The notes: generated from the sequence alone by a model not told the origin. A stretch of DNA of 51,106 nt, filler included, from Bipalium vagum (GCA_037834085.1; 2 parts of 2 records of this genome joined end to end with filler, not necessarily neighbours in it); one strand, 5' to 3'; counted from the first letter of the whole stretch, positions 26,241 to 39,004 are shown. Program-made: numbers and translations.

Positions 26241-27481
26241 CTAAAATGTAAAATACCTTTAAAATTCATTTAAATTAATCTTTTAAATTAAAAATTATTA
26301 CTAGATTTCCAGTTGAAATCATAATCCTCATTGATTTCTGCTCATTTTATAAATTGTGTGGAATCCATATGCCAGGTCTTTATGACTTCCCAATAAGTTA
26401 CACATGATTGTGGATATTCTGTTGACCACAGTCGAGAATAACTACAATTTCTGTGGTGGTTTGCCTGGGATCCAATTCAGCCAATTACTGTACAGATTCA
26501 TTATCTAGAGTCGTTGGTCGACCAGTTTTCTGAGAAGCCCCCTAGACGTCTATCACCATTCCTCAATTGACTGAACATTGCATTGGGTCCAAATCAATTC
26601 ATTTTTCTCATAAATTTCTTTTATTTTTTGGTGAGCAACTCTCTCATACAGTAGATAGTGTCTAATATGTCTTATCTAAATCCATATTTTGATATTTAAA
26701 ATTTATCTTATGTTAAGTTCTTGAGTGGATGTGGGCTAATTTATCTTATTTGACTCCTATGGTAGTAAGTATACTAATCACAAAGACAAAAATGTTTTTT
26801 CAGATTTTTATTTTATACAACAATTTTTTAAAGGTTTTATAAAAAGCACTCAAATGTATAAAGATCAAAATGATGTTTTTATTTAATTTAAAGAAGGAAA
26901 TGTGCAGATGCCCTGAAGATAAATATCGAATCTGATAACTAATTTATCAGACCGTAATTGTCGGAAATCAAAACAAAAAGAAGAGAATGGAATTAATATA
27001 TAGAAACAAAAACGGGAAATAATGTTCACGTACTGTTTAATTATTTTAATTAATTCAAGTGAATATAATAATTCACTTATGATTTGTTTAATTGAGTTGT
27101 AATAAAATCTGAAACTTTTTATCAAGTTATGATAAACTGTAATAAAATATTTTTTCGTTTTCTAGACGTTTAGTTATAAATGTAAGAATTTTAAGACGAA
27201 TTTTTATGATTTTTCTCTGGGTATTTATACTATTTTTCCTTTATGTGTGTCGGTCTTAATGACCACTATTATTTGTGTTTTTGAATTACGTTTGCAATTT
27301 TGACATCATTATTCATATTTTAATGATAAGTTAAAATTTTCTTAACCTAATTATATTGTAATTATTCTTATATTGTTATTATTGTTCTTAAGATAATTAT
27401 TATTATGAATTATTATTATTAATTATTATTATTATTATGAATTATTATTATGAACTATTATTGTTCTTATTATTATTATGA

Positions 27482-27531
<50 letters not shown>

Positions 27532-30500
27532 CATTAATTCCCTCTTAAACTTATTTAACCATGTCCAGAACCTCGTATATGTGGTATTATTTTTATTAAC
27601 CTTATTCAGTCCTCTTTAAAATCTCTTCAATTTTAATCCTTTTTGATATATAGGGTATTCTTTTATTATTATTCATTTCAGCTCCTATATGTTCTTAACC
27701 CAGTGGTCCCATGCCAATAGATCTTATTTTATTGTTATTTATTTATTTATAACCTTTTTAATTTTTACAGACTTCTATTTGCGTCAGACGACCTGCCCCA
27801 ATTTCAAGTAAATATGCCTAGATAGCTATTATTCTATTTGTTATCTTATTATCTTTTTTAAATTAATAAAAAAACTATGTATTTTTAAAGTTTTTGATTC
27901 ACATAAAATATTATAATAAATAAATTGTTTTAAATGATAAAATAAAATATAGCATAAAATATAATAATGTTTTTTAACCACACAATAAAAAAAATATATT
28001 AAAAGTATAAAAATCGAATTAAATAAAATATAAAGTTAGAACGAGATGGACAAATTTATAACTTTAAGAAAATACGTATCTGCTAAAAAAGCAGGTCATG
28101 ATAATCTTGATCATTTAATTTTAAAAATATTAAATAAGTTAAAAAAGCAAAAAAGTATAACTGATAATTATTGTGAAAAAAATAAATTTAAATTTGATCT
28201 AGATTAAATTTATATAATTTGAATAAAATATATATATATATATTAAATATGGAAGTTTCTTTACAAAACATCAAATCTTTTATATCAACAATTTCCAACA
28301 TAATTTATTGTAAAAATAAAAATTCAGATATAACATTTAAGTTAGATACACCTCTAAATCTTGGTCCAAATTTTAACTATGAATTAGCTTTAATTTACTT
28401 TTCAACAAATAATAGTATTTTTAATATTAATGAAAATAAATAATAGAATAGATGTAACTGTTACAGATTCAAAAGGAAAACAAGTATCTCGAAATATCTT
28501 ATTATCTAACAATTAATGATAATTCAATTTTTTCAAACTGTGTAATGAAAGTATCAAAAGGTCCTATTGTTTCTTTTCCAGAAAATTCAATTGGTGAATT
28601 GTTAGGATTTGAAAACAAATCTTATACAGAAGGCTTGGTTTAAAAATTCTAATTATATTAATTTCATTTATATATATAGAATGATTTCCAGGTAGGGCCT
28701 TAAAAATATTATTTATTTTATTTAAAGTTTCCTTTTGACTTTTTAGATTTTAAATGAGAAACTATTGCTGTTTTAGTTTTAAATTTTTATTAAGTTCATT
28801 ACAAAAAAAATTCTCTATGGTTTCAGTCATTTTTATGATAATAAAATTTTTGTTAAAAATCAAAACCAAGTTAGGTTTATTCAATATTTATAAAATTTAA
28901 AAAATTGAAAAATTTGTAAAAAATATTAAAGCAAATTTTAAAAAAACATTTTAAAAATTAAAATATTGCAAAAAAATTAAAAATTTTAAAATATTTTTAA
29001 AAAGCGAATTTCTTGGGTGTTGTGTGCAACCTTTCATTTACACACTGTTTGCAATATGTGCAAACGTGGCTACTAATTTTCTATATTAATTGGCTAATCC
29101 CAGAAAAACTTGTACTTGTTTTACATTTTTTGGTGCTGTTGCTTCTCGTATTATTACTTTTTCTATTATTGTTGGATCTAGTTCCTATATCCTTGGCTGA
29201 TATTATGTCCTACATATTTGACAGTCTTTTCCCCATTCGTAACTTTAAATCCACTTAATTTTATTCTTTATAGTACCTCTTCCACATTATTAATGCTTCA
29301 TCATGCAAATAATATTTTCTGTTAAAATCAATAAAATTTATATAATTAAATTCTTCATTTATGGATTTTGTGGTAATTATCAAATTTTTTACTGCAGTCG
29401 GTTTTGGAACTCTTTTTTAAATCCGAAGACATTTCAGCATATTAATTCATTCAAAACGGAAACCTGAGTATGTTTACAAAATTGAACAGTAAAATTTAAA
29501 ACCAGGAATAGTCAGTGAGATGTTGTTACAGTGTTACGAAAAAACGTTTTTCTTACATCGAATTATACCAGTAGATGAAAATTTGATTGATTTGAAATTT
29601 TCAAACGCACGAAAAAATTGATTAAACCAAGTCAAGCGTCAAAACAAACTACAAGATCAGACTGAATGGGAAAGAAAAGAATACCGTGCGTTTTGTGGGA
29701 TTAAAATAAACCGAAAATCTGAGCGCCATCAAAATTATATAGTTCAACTGAATAAATTCTTAATTTCTAAATATCCAGATTGGGCCAAAGGAAATGGTAA
29801 AGTAATTTGTGCCCCATGACCACATCACTCTTAAAGCAATTGATAATACACCAATTTAAATATTGAAATATTAAAATATTATTTACAAAAATAAATAATA
29901 GAAATATAATTACATCTATGATTCCATGTGCTAATATTTTGCCGACAGATTCAAAATTTTTTCCTTTTATTGGTTTCATCCTATCAATAAAACTCTTTCG
30001 ATATTTAGCGGAATTTATGATGGAAGACTTAATTATAATTTTAGGAATATTCATTGCTTGAACCCACTGATCAGAATGGTTTAAGAATTTATATAACACA
30101 ATATTAATATCTGCTATCATCGCATAATATTTTAACCTATTAATCAAAGATCTGCATATTGATTTAGACTAAATATGAAAGGTAAATATTATAAAATAAT
30201 ATTATTATACTTTATTCATTTGACAATTGTAGAGAAATAAATATATATACATCGGTTTGCGTAATGTGAAATCTTCCATTGAAATTACTATTTTAATATT
30301 TTTTTCAGATATATTAGTTTTGCCATTTGAAACTTTATTGGATTTCAGATCATAAATCATACGCAATGATCCTAAATTATCAATACTTTCGTTGTCCAGA
30401 AATCCAATCAAAACATCAACATTGTCATCAAATGTCTAAAAATAATCAATTATTTTCAATTTTTATAATATTTAATTTTGATCTTTTTTTTTTCTTTGAA

Positions 30501-32951
30501 AATCCTTCTGTCATTGATTCCCTTTCATAAAAAAATACAATTTTTATTCATCTTTATTTTTATAATATGAATTTAATGATTTCATTTTGTTGAGATATTA
30601 TTTTGATAAATTTATTTAATTTTAGTGTTCTTGTCCCAGTACCCCCCATACTGAATTTTTGATATTAAATCACTACCTCTATGAAGAACAACTGATACAA
30701 TCACTGTAAACTAATAAGTATATAAAACACTTCTTTTGTAAAACACTTCAATGTAACAGTAATAATCTTAAGATCAATTAAAGAGTGATGACAAGAAAAA
30801 CAAAACCAAAAATATGAATGTATAAATTGAATTTATCTCACCGATTGTTTTATGGTTTCAATATGTGGGTCATTCCTTTTGGATCATTCGTGGTTGATCG
30901 AGCTCTATGAAATCCTATCCACTTTTTAGGAAACAGAGCACATTGTGAAATCATTTTTCAATTCCACTGTCGACAAAAAAATTTCACCAAATTACTGTTA
31001 TTTTTGTGTTCCATGCAGCTAGGTGAGCTCTTTATATGGTGGCCAATGACCAATCCAACATCATAGTTTGAAACTTTTGTAAATCACCCTTTCTGAGAGC
31101 TTCTCAGGAAAATGACGGCAATTAATGGAATCTTCTTCTGTCAAAGAAACCAAAGAAAAAAAGATAGATCATTATGGCATCAATTTTTTTTCAGCTTTAT
31201 GAAGTAAACTTCATAAAGAAACCCATTAAGGATTAACAAAAAAATCACTGGCAAACATTCTTTTAAGTGCACTAATGAAATACAATGTTTCTATAATTTG
31301 TTTTATTAATTTGCAGTTGGTAATTAAATTATCCATATTATTATATGCCGAAATTAGTCTTGCACAGGTTTTTTCTATAGTATTTTGAAATATGAATAAA
31401 ATTATTTGATTAGAAGAAATTTATTTATAAAATTGTGAAACATTCGTTTAAGTATAGTTATGTAAAAACAGATACAACTAATAAGATTTACCTAAAATTG
31501 TTTTAGTTTTTCAAATAATTTGTAAATCTAAATAAGTATATTCGTAATATTTGAATAGAATTATTTTACTTAAAATATTTTTAATAATCATCCTTACCTT
31601 ACTGAAGAAGAAAAATTAAAATTCGATTTTTAATGAACAAGATATATCCAACAGAAAAATATCTCTTTAAATTGGAAGGTCGGAAAATGTTATTCGAAAT
31701 TTTCTTTACGGTGGAAAATTACCAATACGCAATATTTCCACACAGACAACTTCTAAATCATACACAGAAATGTTAGAAGATTTTTTAATTTTTTATTTGG
31801 AAAATAATGATGTTATTAATTTTTATTATCAACAAGATAACGCTCCCATACATGTCTCACAACTGTCAAAGACTTGGTTTTCGTCCAAAAAAATTTATTT
31901 AATTGACTGGCCAGCTTGCCGTACTGATTAAAACCTCATCAAAAACCTTCGGGGAATATTAACTTCAAAAGTTTATCAAAATGGAAGACAGTTTCAGACT
32001 ATTTCGGAATTGAAGCAATGCATCTAATGGTGTTGAGAAAAAATTGAAGATTCCATGCTGAAAAATTTAGCCAGTTCAATGCTAAATATATTTTTTTATT
32101 TTGTGAAATCCCAGGGAAAACATGCACACTATTAAAAGATATTATTTTTGTTATCTTTATATTTTTTATAAATAAAAGATTAGTGCGCTTAAACGAATTT
32201 TTCTTCTTTTATGCTGTTTTCTAAAAATATAGCGCTTTTCTGAACATAATATTCAGTAAAACAAGATTTCCAAACAAAATTTTATCTGTCTCTTAATGTT
32301 TGTCTCCAAATCATATATAATAATAATCGCAACAAAATATATGCAATTAATGAAGTGCGCTTAAACGAATGTTTACCATTGTATATACCAGTATTGATAG
32401 ATAAAGCTAAGTACTTAGACTCTACCAGAAATAATGAAGTCAACTCAACAAAAATATTTTAATAATATGTAAAAATATTTCCTTCCTTTGCCAGATCCCT
32501 TTAAAAGTAAAAATAAATCACACTGCGAAATTCAACATTTTGGGAAATTTTTTGAATTATTGTAATCTAGTGCAAACACAAATTAGAATACTTGAAACAA
32601 TCGTATATTTTAAACTTATATATGACTACTACTTTGTTTGCAAAACTATGCTTAAGTATCTTCAATATTTCTGGTAGAGTCTAGGTACTGTTTAGCCCAA
32701 TAAATAACTTCTATAATGACAAATGTCACAATCTTAGCAGCAGTTTTAAGTTATATTACTGACAGTAAATATCACCACGATTGTATTAAGTCAAGTTATT
32801 GTTTCAAATGTTTTCTGATATTTAAAAAAATAACAAACCATTTCAATTTTCTATTCAAAAAATAAAATAAAGATATTAATTTAGTAAGCAAGGTATGTAA
32901 CACGGAATATAAATAAATGTTGAAGATAATTTTCGTTTTGTAAGCATAACG

Positions 32952-32993
<42 letters not shown>

Positions 32994-35817
32994 ACGTCCC
33001 AATTTATAAACATGGTATAAAATTAATAAATACTGCATTATTGAAGATTGTAGCCATATACATTAATATGGAAATGGTCGCATATAATTCTCGAGTTCCG
33101 GCTGCTGCTGTATCAAATGCTGAAATGGTATCCAAGCGCGTAATAATTAAAACGATTGATTTATTAAGGTTATCTGGTGATGGATTGAAAGTAATAAAAG
33201 TGCTATATCCAGATATTTTTGAGCAGTAATTAATATCTTCGGACTAATAATAAATTATGAAATAATTTTTAAAAAAATAAGTTCATTTATTATTTAATAT
33301 TTAAAAATTTTATTTATTATTTAAAATAATTATTTATTTATTAATGTTATTTAAAAATCGGTGTATTTTCACTGATTTCTATTGAATTAAACCTAGTATT
33401 GTGATCATCTTTTAAGTATTATTTTAGTTTCAAACAATTATTTATTTTTGGTAACATTTGCAATTTCTCAAAATGATATAGTCTATTTAAAATAAATAAA
33501 ATTCAATAATACGACAGTTACACTTAAAACATTTTTGGAAGATTTTTCATTATATTTTTTATTACAATAAATAGAAATTTTATTAAAATTAAATTTTAAT
33601 TTGGTGGATAATTTAGAAAATCAGTAATATATATTAATAAATAAAAATAATAACAGATTTGCAAGAAAATAGTTTTGTACTTTATGCTTTTGTAATTTAC
33701 ATAATTTTTAATCTTCAAGTTTTTGTAATAAAAATTGTTCGGTTAATATTATTTTGATAGACAGATCCTCACTTAAGTTGCATGTTTATTCGTGTCTTTT
33801 GAAATAGGATGCAACATAATTTTGGTCAGACGCAGTACAGTTTTGTAAAGTTCAATGATGGTTTACTCATTTTCGAGAGGGAAATTTGAATCATTTAAAG
33901 ATGATTCATGTTCTGGGAATGTTGATTGTTTTATTTTTATTCCTGCGATAAATATTTTACATGCCAATTGAAAATGATGTCAAGACCCTAAGATGTTTAC
34001 AGAAATTCTGTAAAAAAAATTTTACTGTTACTAATAAATATTAAATAAATACCATAATATAAAAAATTAATTTAGTTTATTAATTAGTTTTTCCGTATTG
34101 TTTTTCTTATACGTTTACCTTTTATTTTTATTTTATGAATATTTTTTCACTTTCTGCATATTATCATTAATATAACTAAATAAAATCATAATTCTCTCCA
34201 AGGCTCAGGATAGAATTACATCGAAGATTACCTTTTTGGCCTGAAGTAGTTTAAAATCCCAAGGCTCATGGATAGAAAAAAAATGGTTTTAAAAAAAGTA
34301 ACCCTCAGTAAGTGAATCGGGGATATATATTACTTAATTCATTTACTTATCCACACTAATATTCTGAATTAGCCAGGATGCAAGGCTTAAGGCAGGAGAG
34401 TGAAAAGGATAAAGAAGTGGGGTTTGTTTTGTACTTTTTGCTTATCTTTTTTGTATATAAATTTTTTAGGGTTATTATAGATTTTGTGTTAATTTAGAAG
34501 TTATATAGGTATTTAATGTTTCTCTAATAACTTTTCCTGGATCACTCATCACATATAAAAACACCTATTAGTATGTTCCGAAAAACACAACTTTGATCTT
34601 TTCTTTGTCTGTGATATAATTTTGTTTGCTTTTGTTGACTTAAGATATAGGGTAATTTTGGAACATCTAATAGGTGATGTGTTGAGGGAGCTATAAAAAG
34701 TTCTTCCTGGTCTCAGTTAACGAGGTATATCTTTTTCATTTTATGTCCTGCGTAGCTCAAGATTGACAAACAAACAGGTACATTTTGTATCAAACTGCTT
34801 TCAATGACTAGCGAAGAAAACCGCTGACGGAGAAGAAAGCCAAAAGATGATGGAAAAGAAAAATACTAAACGAAGTACTAAATTCCAAAAACCGATGAAG
34901 ATGGTAACAAAGTATTCTAGTAAATAAAGTGTTTTTTTAATAATATAGTTGTTTTTATATTTAATAAATTACCAAATATAATATTCGAATTGCATGTTAA
35001 TGAAAGAATTTTTAGATTTATTATAAATTATAATATTTATCAATTTTATAAATAGAATTCTTACAATCCATGGCAATAACCTCTGCTTATATTTATACAT
35101 TAAGCACTCAGTTCCTGTCTTTGAATGTGGAATAAAACTAGTGATACTCATCATGCATTTATTGCCCTTTGTTTCTAGAACGTTGTAAGTTTCAAAACAA
35201 TTGATAACATTTTCCTGTTAAAAATCATAATTTCTTTCAACTCATGGTCTTCATACCTGATATTCTCCTTGCAATTTTAAAAAAATTACTGGAAAATCTA
35301 TTATCTCGTTATAAAAGCTGAGGTGATTAAAAATATTGCTATAAAAGCAGCGTCTTTCATAAAAGTGTTTATAAAATAGATCTAAGCACGGATCGATTTC
35401 TGAAAAGTTATCCAAATCCATTACGATATCTTTGCAGGACGATGCATCGTCACCAATACAATATATCGGTTCAAAGACCACAATACCAATAAAATGTTTT
35501 TTGTTATTTATTATATTTCTCATAATTGATGTTTTGGCAAAGAGCGATCCTGGTAAAACTAGAACAACATTTTCTTCTTGTTGCTTGGCTAGTTTATACT
35601 GAAATTCATCTAATGTTCTGACAAATAAAACCGCTCCCGAAACATCTACATAATGAGAGTTACATCCATAGAACTTGGACAGATTCATTCTCAATGTACA
35701 GAAAGATGTAACATATTTTGGAATTTTGAATTTTTCAGATGGAAAGGAAAACCCATGGATGGTTTTAGATAGATTTGTTAAGAAAAATAACAATATCAAA
35801 CTTATGTTAATCAACAT
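26115..35817 (-). CDS. NCSTN: Nicastrin (gamma-secretase subunit), spliced; 3' exons not found
   Basis: Exons 35817-35257, 35214-35065, 33243-33034, 30435-30211, 30168-29914 and 26240-26115 are all phase 0, GT-AG and stop-free (509 aa). There is an N-terminal signal peptide. Motif matches to nicastrin: FCTLRMNLSKFYGCNS ~ CVRLLNATHQIGCQS; IDFPVIFL ~ FSFPIFLL; IITRLDTISAF ~ AATRLDSRSFF; NESIDNLGSLRMIYDL ~ GETFDYIGSSRMVYDM; KYRKSFID ~ KYYQSIYD. Confidence 0.9.
26320..26690 (-). mobile_element. Mariner transposase N-terminal fragment
   Basis: FSQLRNGD...KTGRPTTLDNE...LDPRQTT...GIWIPHNL (HTH plus WVPHEL-like motif), with stops. Confidence 0.75.
27395..27535. repeat. Compound (ATT)n microsatellite with periodic ATGAATT interruptions
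   Basis: Repeated TTATTATTATGAA units followed by pure (ATT)n. Confidence 0.9.
28020..28642 (+). mobile_element. Polinton/Maverick (adintovirus-like) remnant: conserved small-gene C-terminus plus penton (minor capsid) pseudogene
   Basis: 28046-28207 encodes MDKFITLRKYVSAKKAGHDNLDHLILKILNKLKKQKSI. From 28249: SDITFKLDTPLNLGPNFNYELALIYFSTNNSIFNINE, then frameshifted NNRIDV...FPENSIGELLGFENKSYTEG. These match motif patterns I recognise from Polinton penton (PL.L...YEVAL..F.T.NSI.NI...NN; SI..LLGF). Confidence 0.65.
29040..29320 (-). mobile_element. Ty3/gypsy LTR-retrotransposon RT/connection fragment
   Basis: VKYVGHNISQG...IREATAPKNVKQVQVFLGLAN*YRKLVATFAHIA resembles the gypsy consensus FLGHIIS...P.P..VK.VRSFLGLANYYRKFI..FA.IA. 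Confidence 0.85.
29914..30168 (-). CDS. NCSTN: Nicastrin exon 5
   Basis: Follows a 42-nt intron; SAKYRKSFID motif; donor GTAATT. Confidence 0.8.
30211..30435 (-). CDS. NCSTN: Nicastrin exon 4 (DYIGS-motif region)
   Basis: VLIGFLDNESIDNLGSLRMIYDLKS; acceptor TTTTAG, donor GTATAA. Confidence 0.85.
31428..32383 (+). mobile_element. Decayed Tc1/Tc3-like (DD34E) element with IR-DR-like end
   Basis: YYQQDNAPIHVS...IDWPACRTD*NLIKNLRG...QNGRQF. AAACATTCGTTTAAG (~31438) is inverted relative to GCTTAAACGAATGTTTACCATTGTA (~32360-32383), with an inner direct copy AGTGCGCTTAAACGAAT at ~32182. Confidence 0.8.
32409..32690. mobile_element. MITE (~280 bp) with 30-bp TIRs
   Basis: AGTACTTAGACTCTACCAGAAATAATGAAG versus the inverted CTTCAATATTTCTGGTAGAGTCTAGGTACT (28/30 identical); CAGTA-type terminus; no ORF. 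Confidence 0.8.
32955..32992. repeat. (ATT)n microsatellite
   Basis: Perfect run. Confidence 0.95.
33034..33243 (-). CDS. NCSTN: Nicastrin exon 3
   Basis: SEDINYCSKISGYST...IVLIITRLDTISAFDTAAAG; acceptor ATTAG, donor GTATTT; 70 codons. Confidence 0.85.
35065..35214 (-). CDS. NCSTN: Nicastrin exon 2
   Basis: ENVINCFETYNV...KCMMSITSF...TGTECL ~ KVIKQCYQDHN...LCAMQLFS...STATCM; acceptor TAACAG, donor GTAAGA. Confidence 0.85.
35257..35817 (-). CDS. NCSTN: Nicastrin exon 1 (signal peptide, small lobe)
   Basis: 187 codons; donor GTATGA at 35256 followed by a 42-nt intron. Confidence 0.9.
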
Positions 35818-37299
35818 GGAAATACGATAATACGTTAAACAATTATTTATTATTAATTAATTATCGATTACATTTTTTGAAAAGTTTGTTTGGAAAATAA
35901 TTATAATTCGATAATGTAAGATCAACCATAAAATATTAATTTATTTTAATTTAAAAAGTATTTATTAAAAAAACTTTTTATTTTTCTGTTTTCAACATTT
36001 TAGATTTGAGCGCGGTAACATAATATTATATTTTTGTTTTAATATCTAAATTTAATCATTGTTTTATCAATCATTAAGTCTCCTATTGATAGTTTTATAT
36101 TTGATAACAAGAATTTCCTTACAAATCCGTCATTTTCTGTGTTCTTGCTACAGATTTAAGTTTAATTTACGATCCTTCTACAATATGGTAGATGTCTTTC
36201 TTAGATCTACAAATGCTTGTCATACTTTTTGTCTTCTGATATAATATACTTTTCTGAATTATACTAATAAACAATATTTTACCTCATTTGATTTTATTTC
36301 CTTGGTTATTAAAACAAAGATTTGTTTGGTCTAGAAGATTGGTGTTAGATTGGTTGACGTACTGAGGTGGTGATGATGGTTGGAGAGACTAAAGTGGAAG
36401 ATTTGATAATATCTGAATGAGTCAAGATTTCGTGGATCATTAGGTTAGCTGTCAAACCAAAAACATGCAAAATGGACAAAAGAATTAATAAAAACTATGA
36501 TGAACGAATGCTAGATTTGAAGAACTAAACTATACCTGTTGAGCAATATAAAAGTTAGACATATTGAGTAGCTTGAAATTCCAATTTTGTATCTCATATG
36601 TCTCGCTGTTTTTGATGTATTGAATCTTGCTCGGTATTTAACTGTTATTCGCTTAACAATTACTACAATTACAAAAACTTGATTATTTAATAATATGTGT
36701 ATATTAATGTTAAAAAGAAGAAAATCCTTTACGATCAAAACTTCCAAAGAGAAAGTGAAAAGGAGAAAAATATTGTAACTAAAAGAAATAGAACTCCTTA
36801 TAGCATAGATGGAGCCAAACTCCAAACTTTTACAGATGTTAATGCCCCAATTATCGAATCTAATAACGGAGAACTGTTTTAAAACAAAAGAAAAAAATTG
36901 CCGATCTCAGACTTTTGTGAATTAACAGATTATTTTGTAAGCATGAGATTATAACAATAATACAAAAACAAAATTAACAGAAACGAGAAGTCGAGACAAA
37001 CGATTGATATATAGATTTAATGGATGAATCTATCGAGTTCTGCTTATCTATTTTAACCGTTATTCAGTTCATTTAGGAGTGTGAAACATTTAACTTAGAT
37101 CACCGATGATGATTGGAAGGATTGGTTAAATAGGATTAAATTTGCAGGTATATTATAATCCTTGGAGTATTAAAATTTTCATATTATAGTTTTATTTTAA
37201 AAATTTAATCCTGGCTTATTATCGTTTTGGCAGATTCGTGAGAATAGATCCAGCAACTAAGTTAAATTCTAATATGTGACATGTTTGAGATTCAAGTGA

Positions 37300-37577
37300 A
37301 CCAGTTATATATAATTTCCATTTTGCCATAAAATGGAAGTTTAATCATAATTCCGCGCCATTTTTGAAAAACTGTGTATCAGAATACATCATAAAATAAT
37401 AAACTTGGTGTTACTTATCCCTTTTTTTCATATCCAAAACCCATTTGTGAAATTGAAATGATTGTTAAATGAATTTATTATCTTTTTAATCAAATATGCA
37501 GGAGTCATGGGGTTTCCTTGCTCGTTTCCAATGGTGATTTGTGGAAAGAATCTTTTCCCTCAAAAGAGTCAGGTATT
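37300..37577 (-). mobile_element. Non-LTR RT fragment interrupted by the mariner
   Basis: PQITIGNEQGNPMTPAYL resembles the RT QGDxLSP motif. Confidence 0.35.
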
Positions 37578-37579
37578 TA

Positions 37580-38799
37580 TTAGGTTTCCAAATAAGTTCT
37601 TGCCGATTTTATTAAATTGACGTTTCATGAAATATTCTATTATTATTACTCAGAAAATCAATTTGTTTTATTATTATTAAGTTCTATTTAAAGTTTTTCA
37701 TCAGTCAAAATGGCGAACAGAAATTCAATCATTCGTTCCTGCTTACTCTATGATTTTAAGCTTGGGTCCAATGCCTCAGAAGGTAGTCGAAAAATTTGTA
37801 CGGCATTTGGAGAAGGTGCACTAAAGGATAGAACTGCTCGTTATTGGTTTGAGAAGTTCAGTTCCGGTGATGAAAATCTGGATGATGCAACCAGATCTGT
37901 GAGGCCCATTCACTTGAACAATGAAAATTTGAGAAAGGCAATCGAGTCAGATTCAAATCAAACATGTAAGGAACTTGGTTTGATATTTAATGTCAGCGAA
38001 GAAACAACCAGATTGCATATGTATCAGATTGGAAAGAGATGGAAATTAAGCAAATGAGTTCCACGTGATCTAACACCAGAGAATAGATTTCAGCGACTGA
38101 CAATATGCTCTTCTCATCTCAGTCGGTTAAAGTAAAGCAATTTTTCAGTAGAATACTGACATTCGATGAAAATTGGGTTATGTATTCTAAACAAAAGAGA
38201 ACATTTCTCCTACAGATTCATTGCCACAAGTTCCAAAGGATGTACTATTTCATAATAAGATTTTACTGTGTGTTTGGTGGACTTGTGAAGGAATTATTCA
38301 TAAAAAAAAGTTCTAAAACCAAAAGAAATAATAACCTCTGAAATCTATTGTTCTCAATTAGGAAAAGTTCACCAAAAACTGTTAGAAAAACAGCCGGAAT
38401 TAGTGAACAGAAAAAGGTTCTATTTCTTCAAGACAATGCTCGACCGCATGTGGCCAGAAAAACTCTTGACAAAATAACGCAGCCTGGGTGGGAGATCATA
38501 TGTCATCCACCATATTCCCCTGATCTCTCGCCTACAGATTTCCACTTATTTTTTTAATCTTGATAATCATTTTTGAGGAAAGAAGTTCACAAATGAAATG
38601 GATTTAAAAATGGAAGTGTCCAAATTCTTCCTCAGTAAGAAAAAATATTTGTATGAAAATGCCATTATCAAGTTGCAAGACCGTTGGGACAGTCATACAA
38701 TGTCATGGATCATATTTTGATTAATAAATATATCTAAAATTAAAAATGTTGACTTTTACTTTTTTAAAAAAATCTGTAAGAACTTATTTGGACACCTAA
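37580..38799 (+). mobile_element. Full-length mariner (DD34D) element with defective transposase
   Basis: 31-bp TIRs (TTAGGTTTCCAAATAAGTTCTTGCCGATTTT, 3 mismatches) flanked by TA on both sides. Transposase from 37710 has an HTH region, TFDENW, LQDNARPH and HPPYSPDLSPTDFHLF, with stops and frameshifts. Confidence 0.95.
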
Positions 38800-39004
38800 T
38801 ATTAGTACTATTAGTAATCTAACCCATTAAATTTTATATAACTTGCATTTTTATTATTAACAGATTTCTTTTCAATTGACATAGCTTCTTCAAACTTCTT
38901 GTTTGATCTCCAGTGTTTTTTGTAACTTTGTAGATATTTTCCTTTAAAAATTATACCATGTCAATTTTTTTCTTATTTTAGAATGCATATTTTTTCATTT
39001 ATTA

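Noticed and set aside
34220-34280. Possible hammerhead ribozyme (CTGAAGTAG...GAAA)
   Set aside because: The core does not match CUGANGA, and no consistent stems can be drawn.
36697-36950. Retroviral protease-like fragment (IDGAKLQTFTDVNAPI)
   Set aside because: No DTG/DSG catalytic motif is visible; the similarity is too weak to call.
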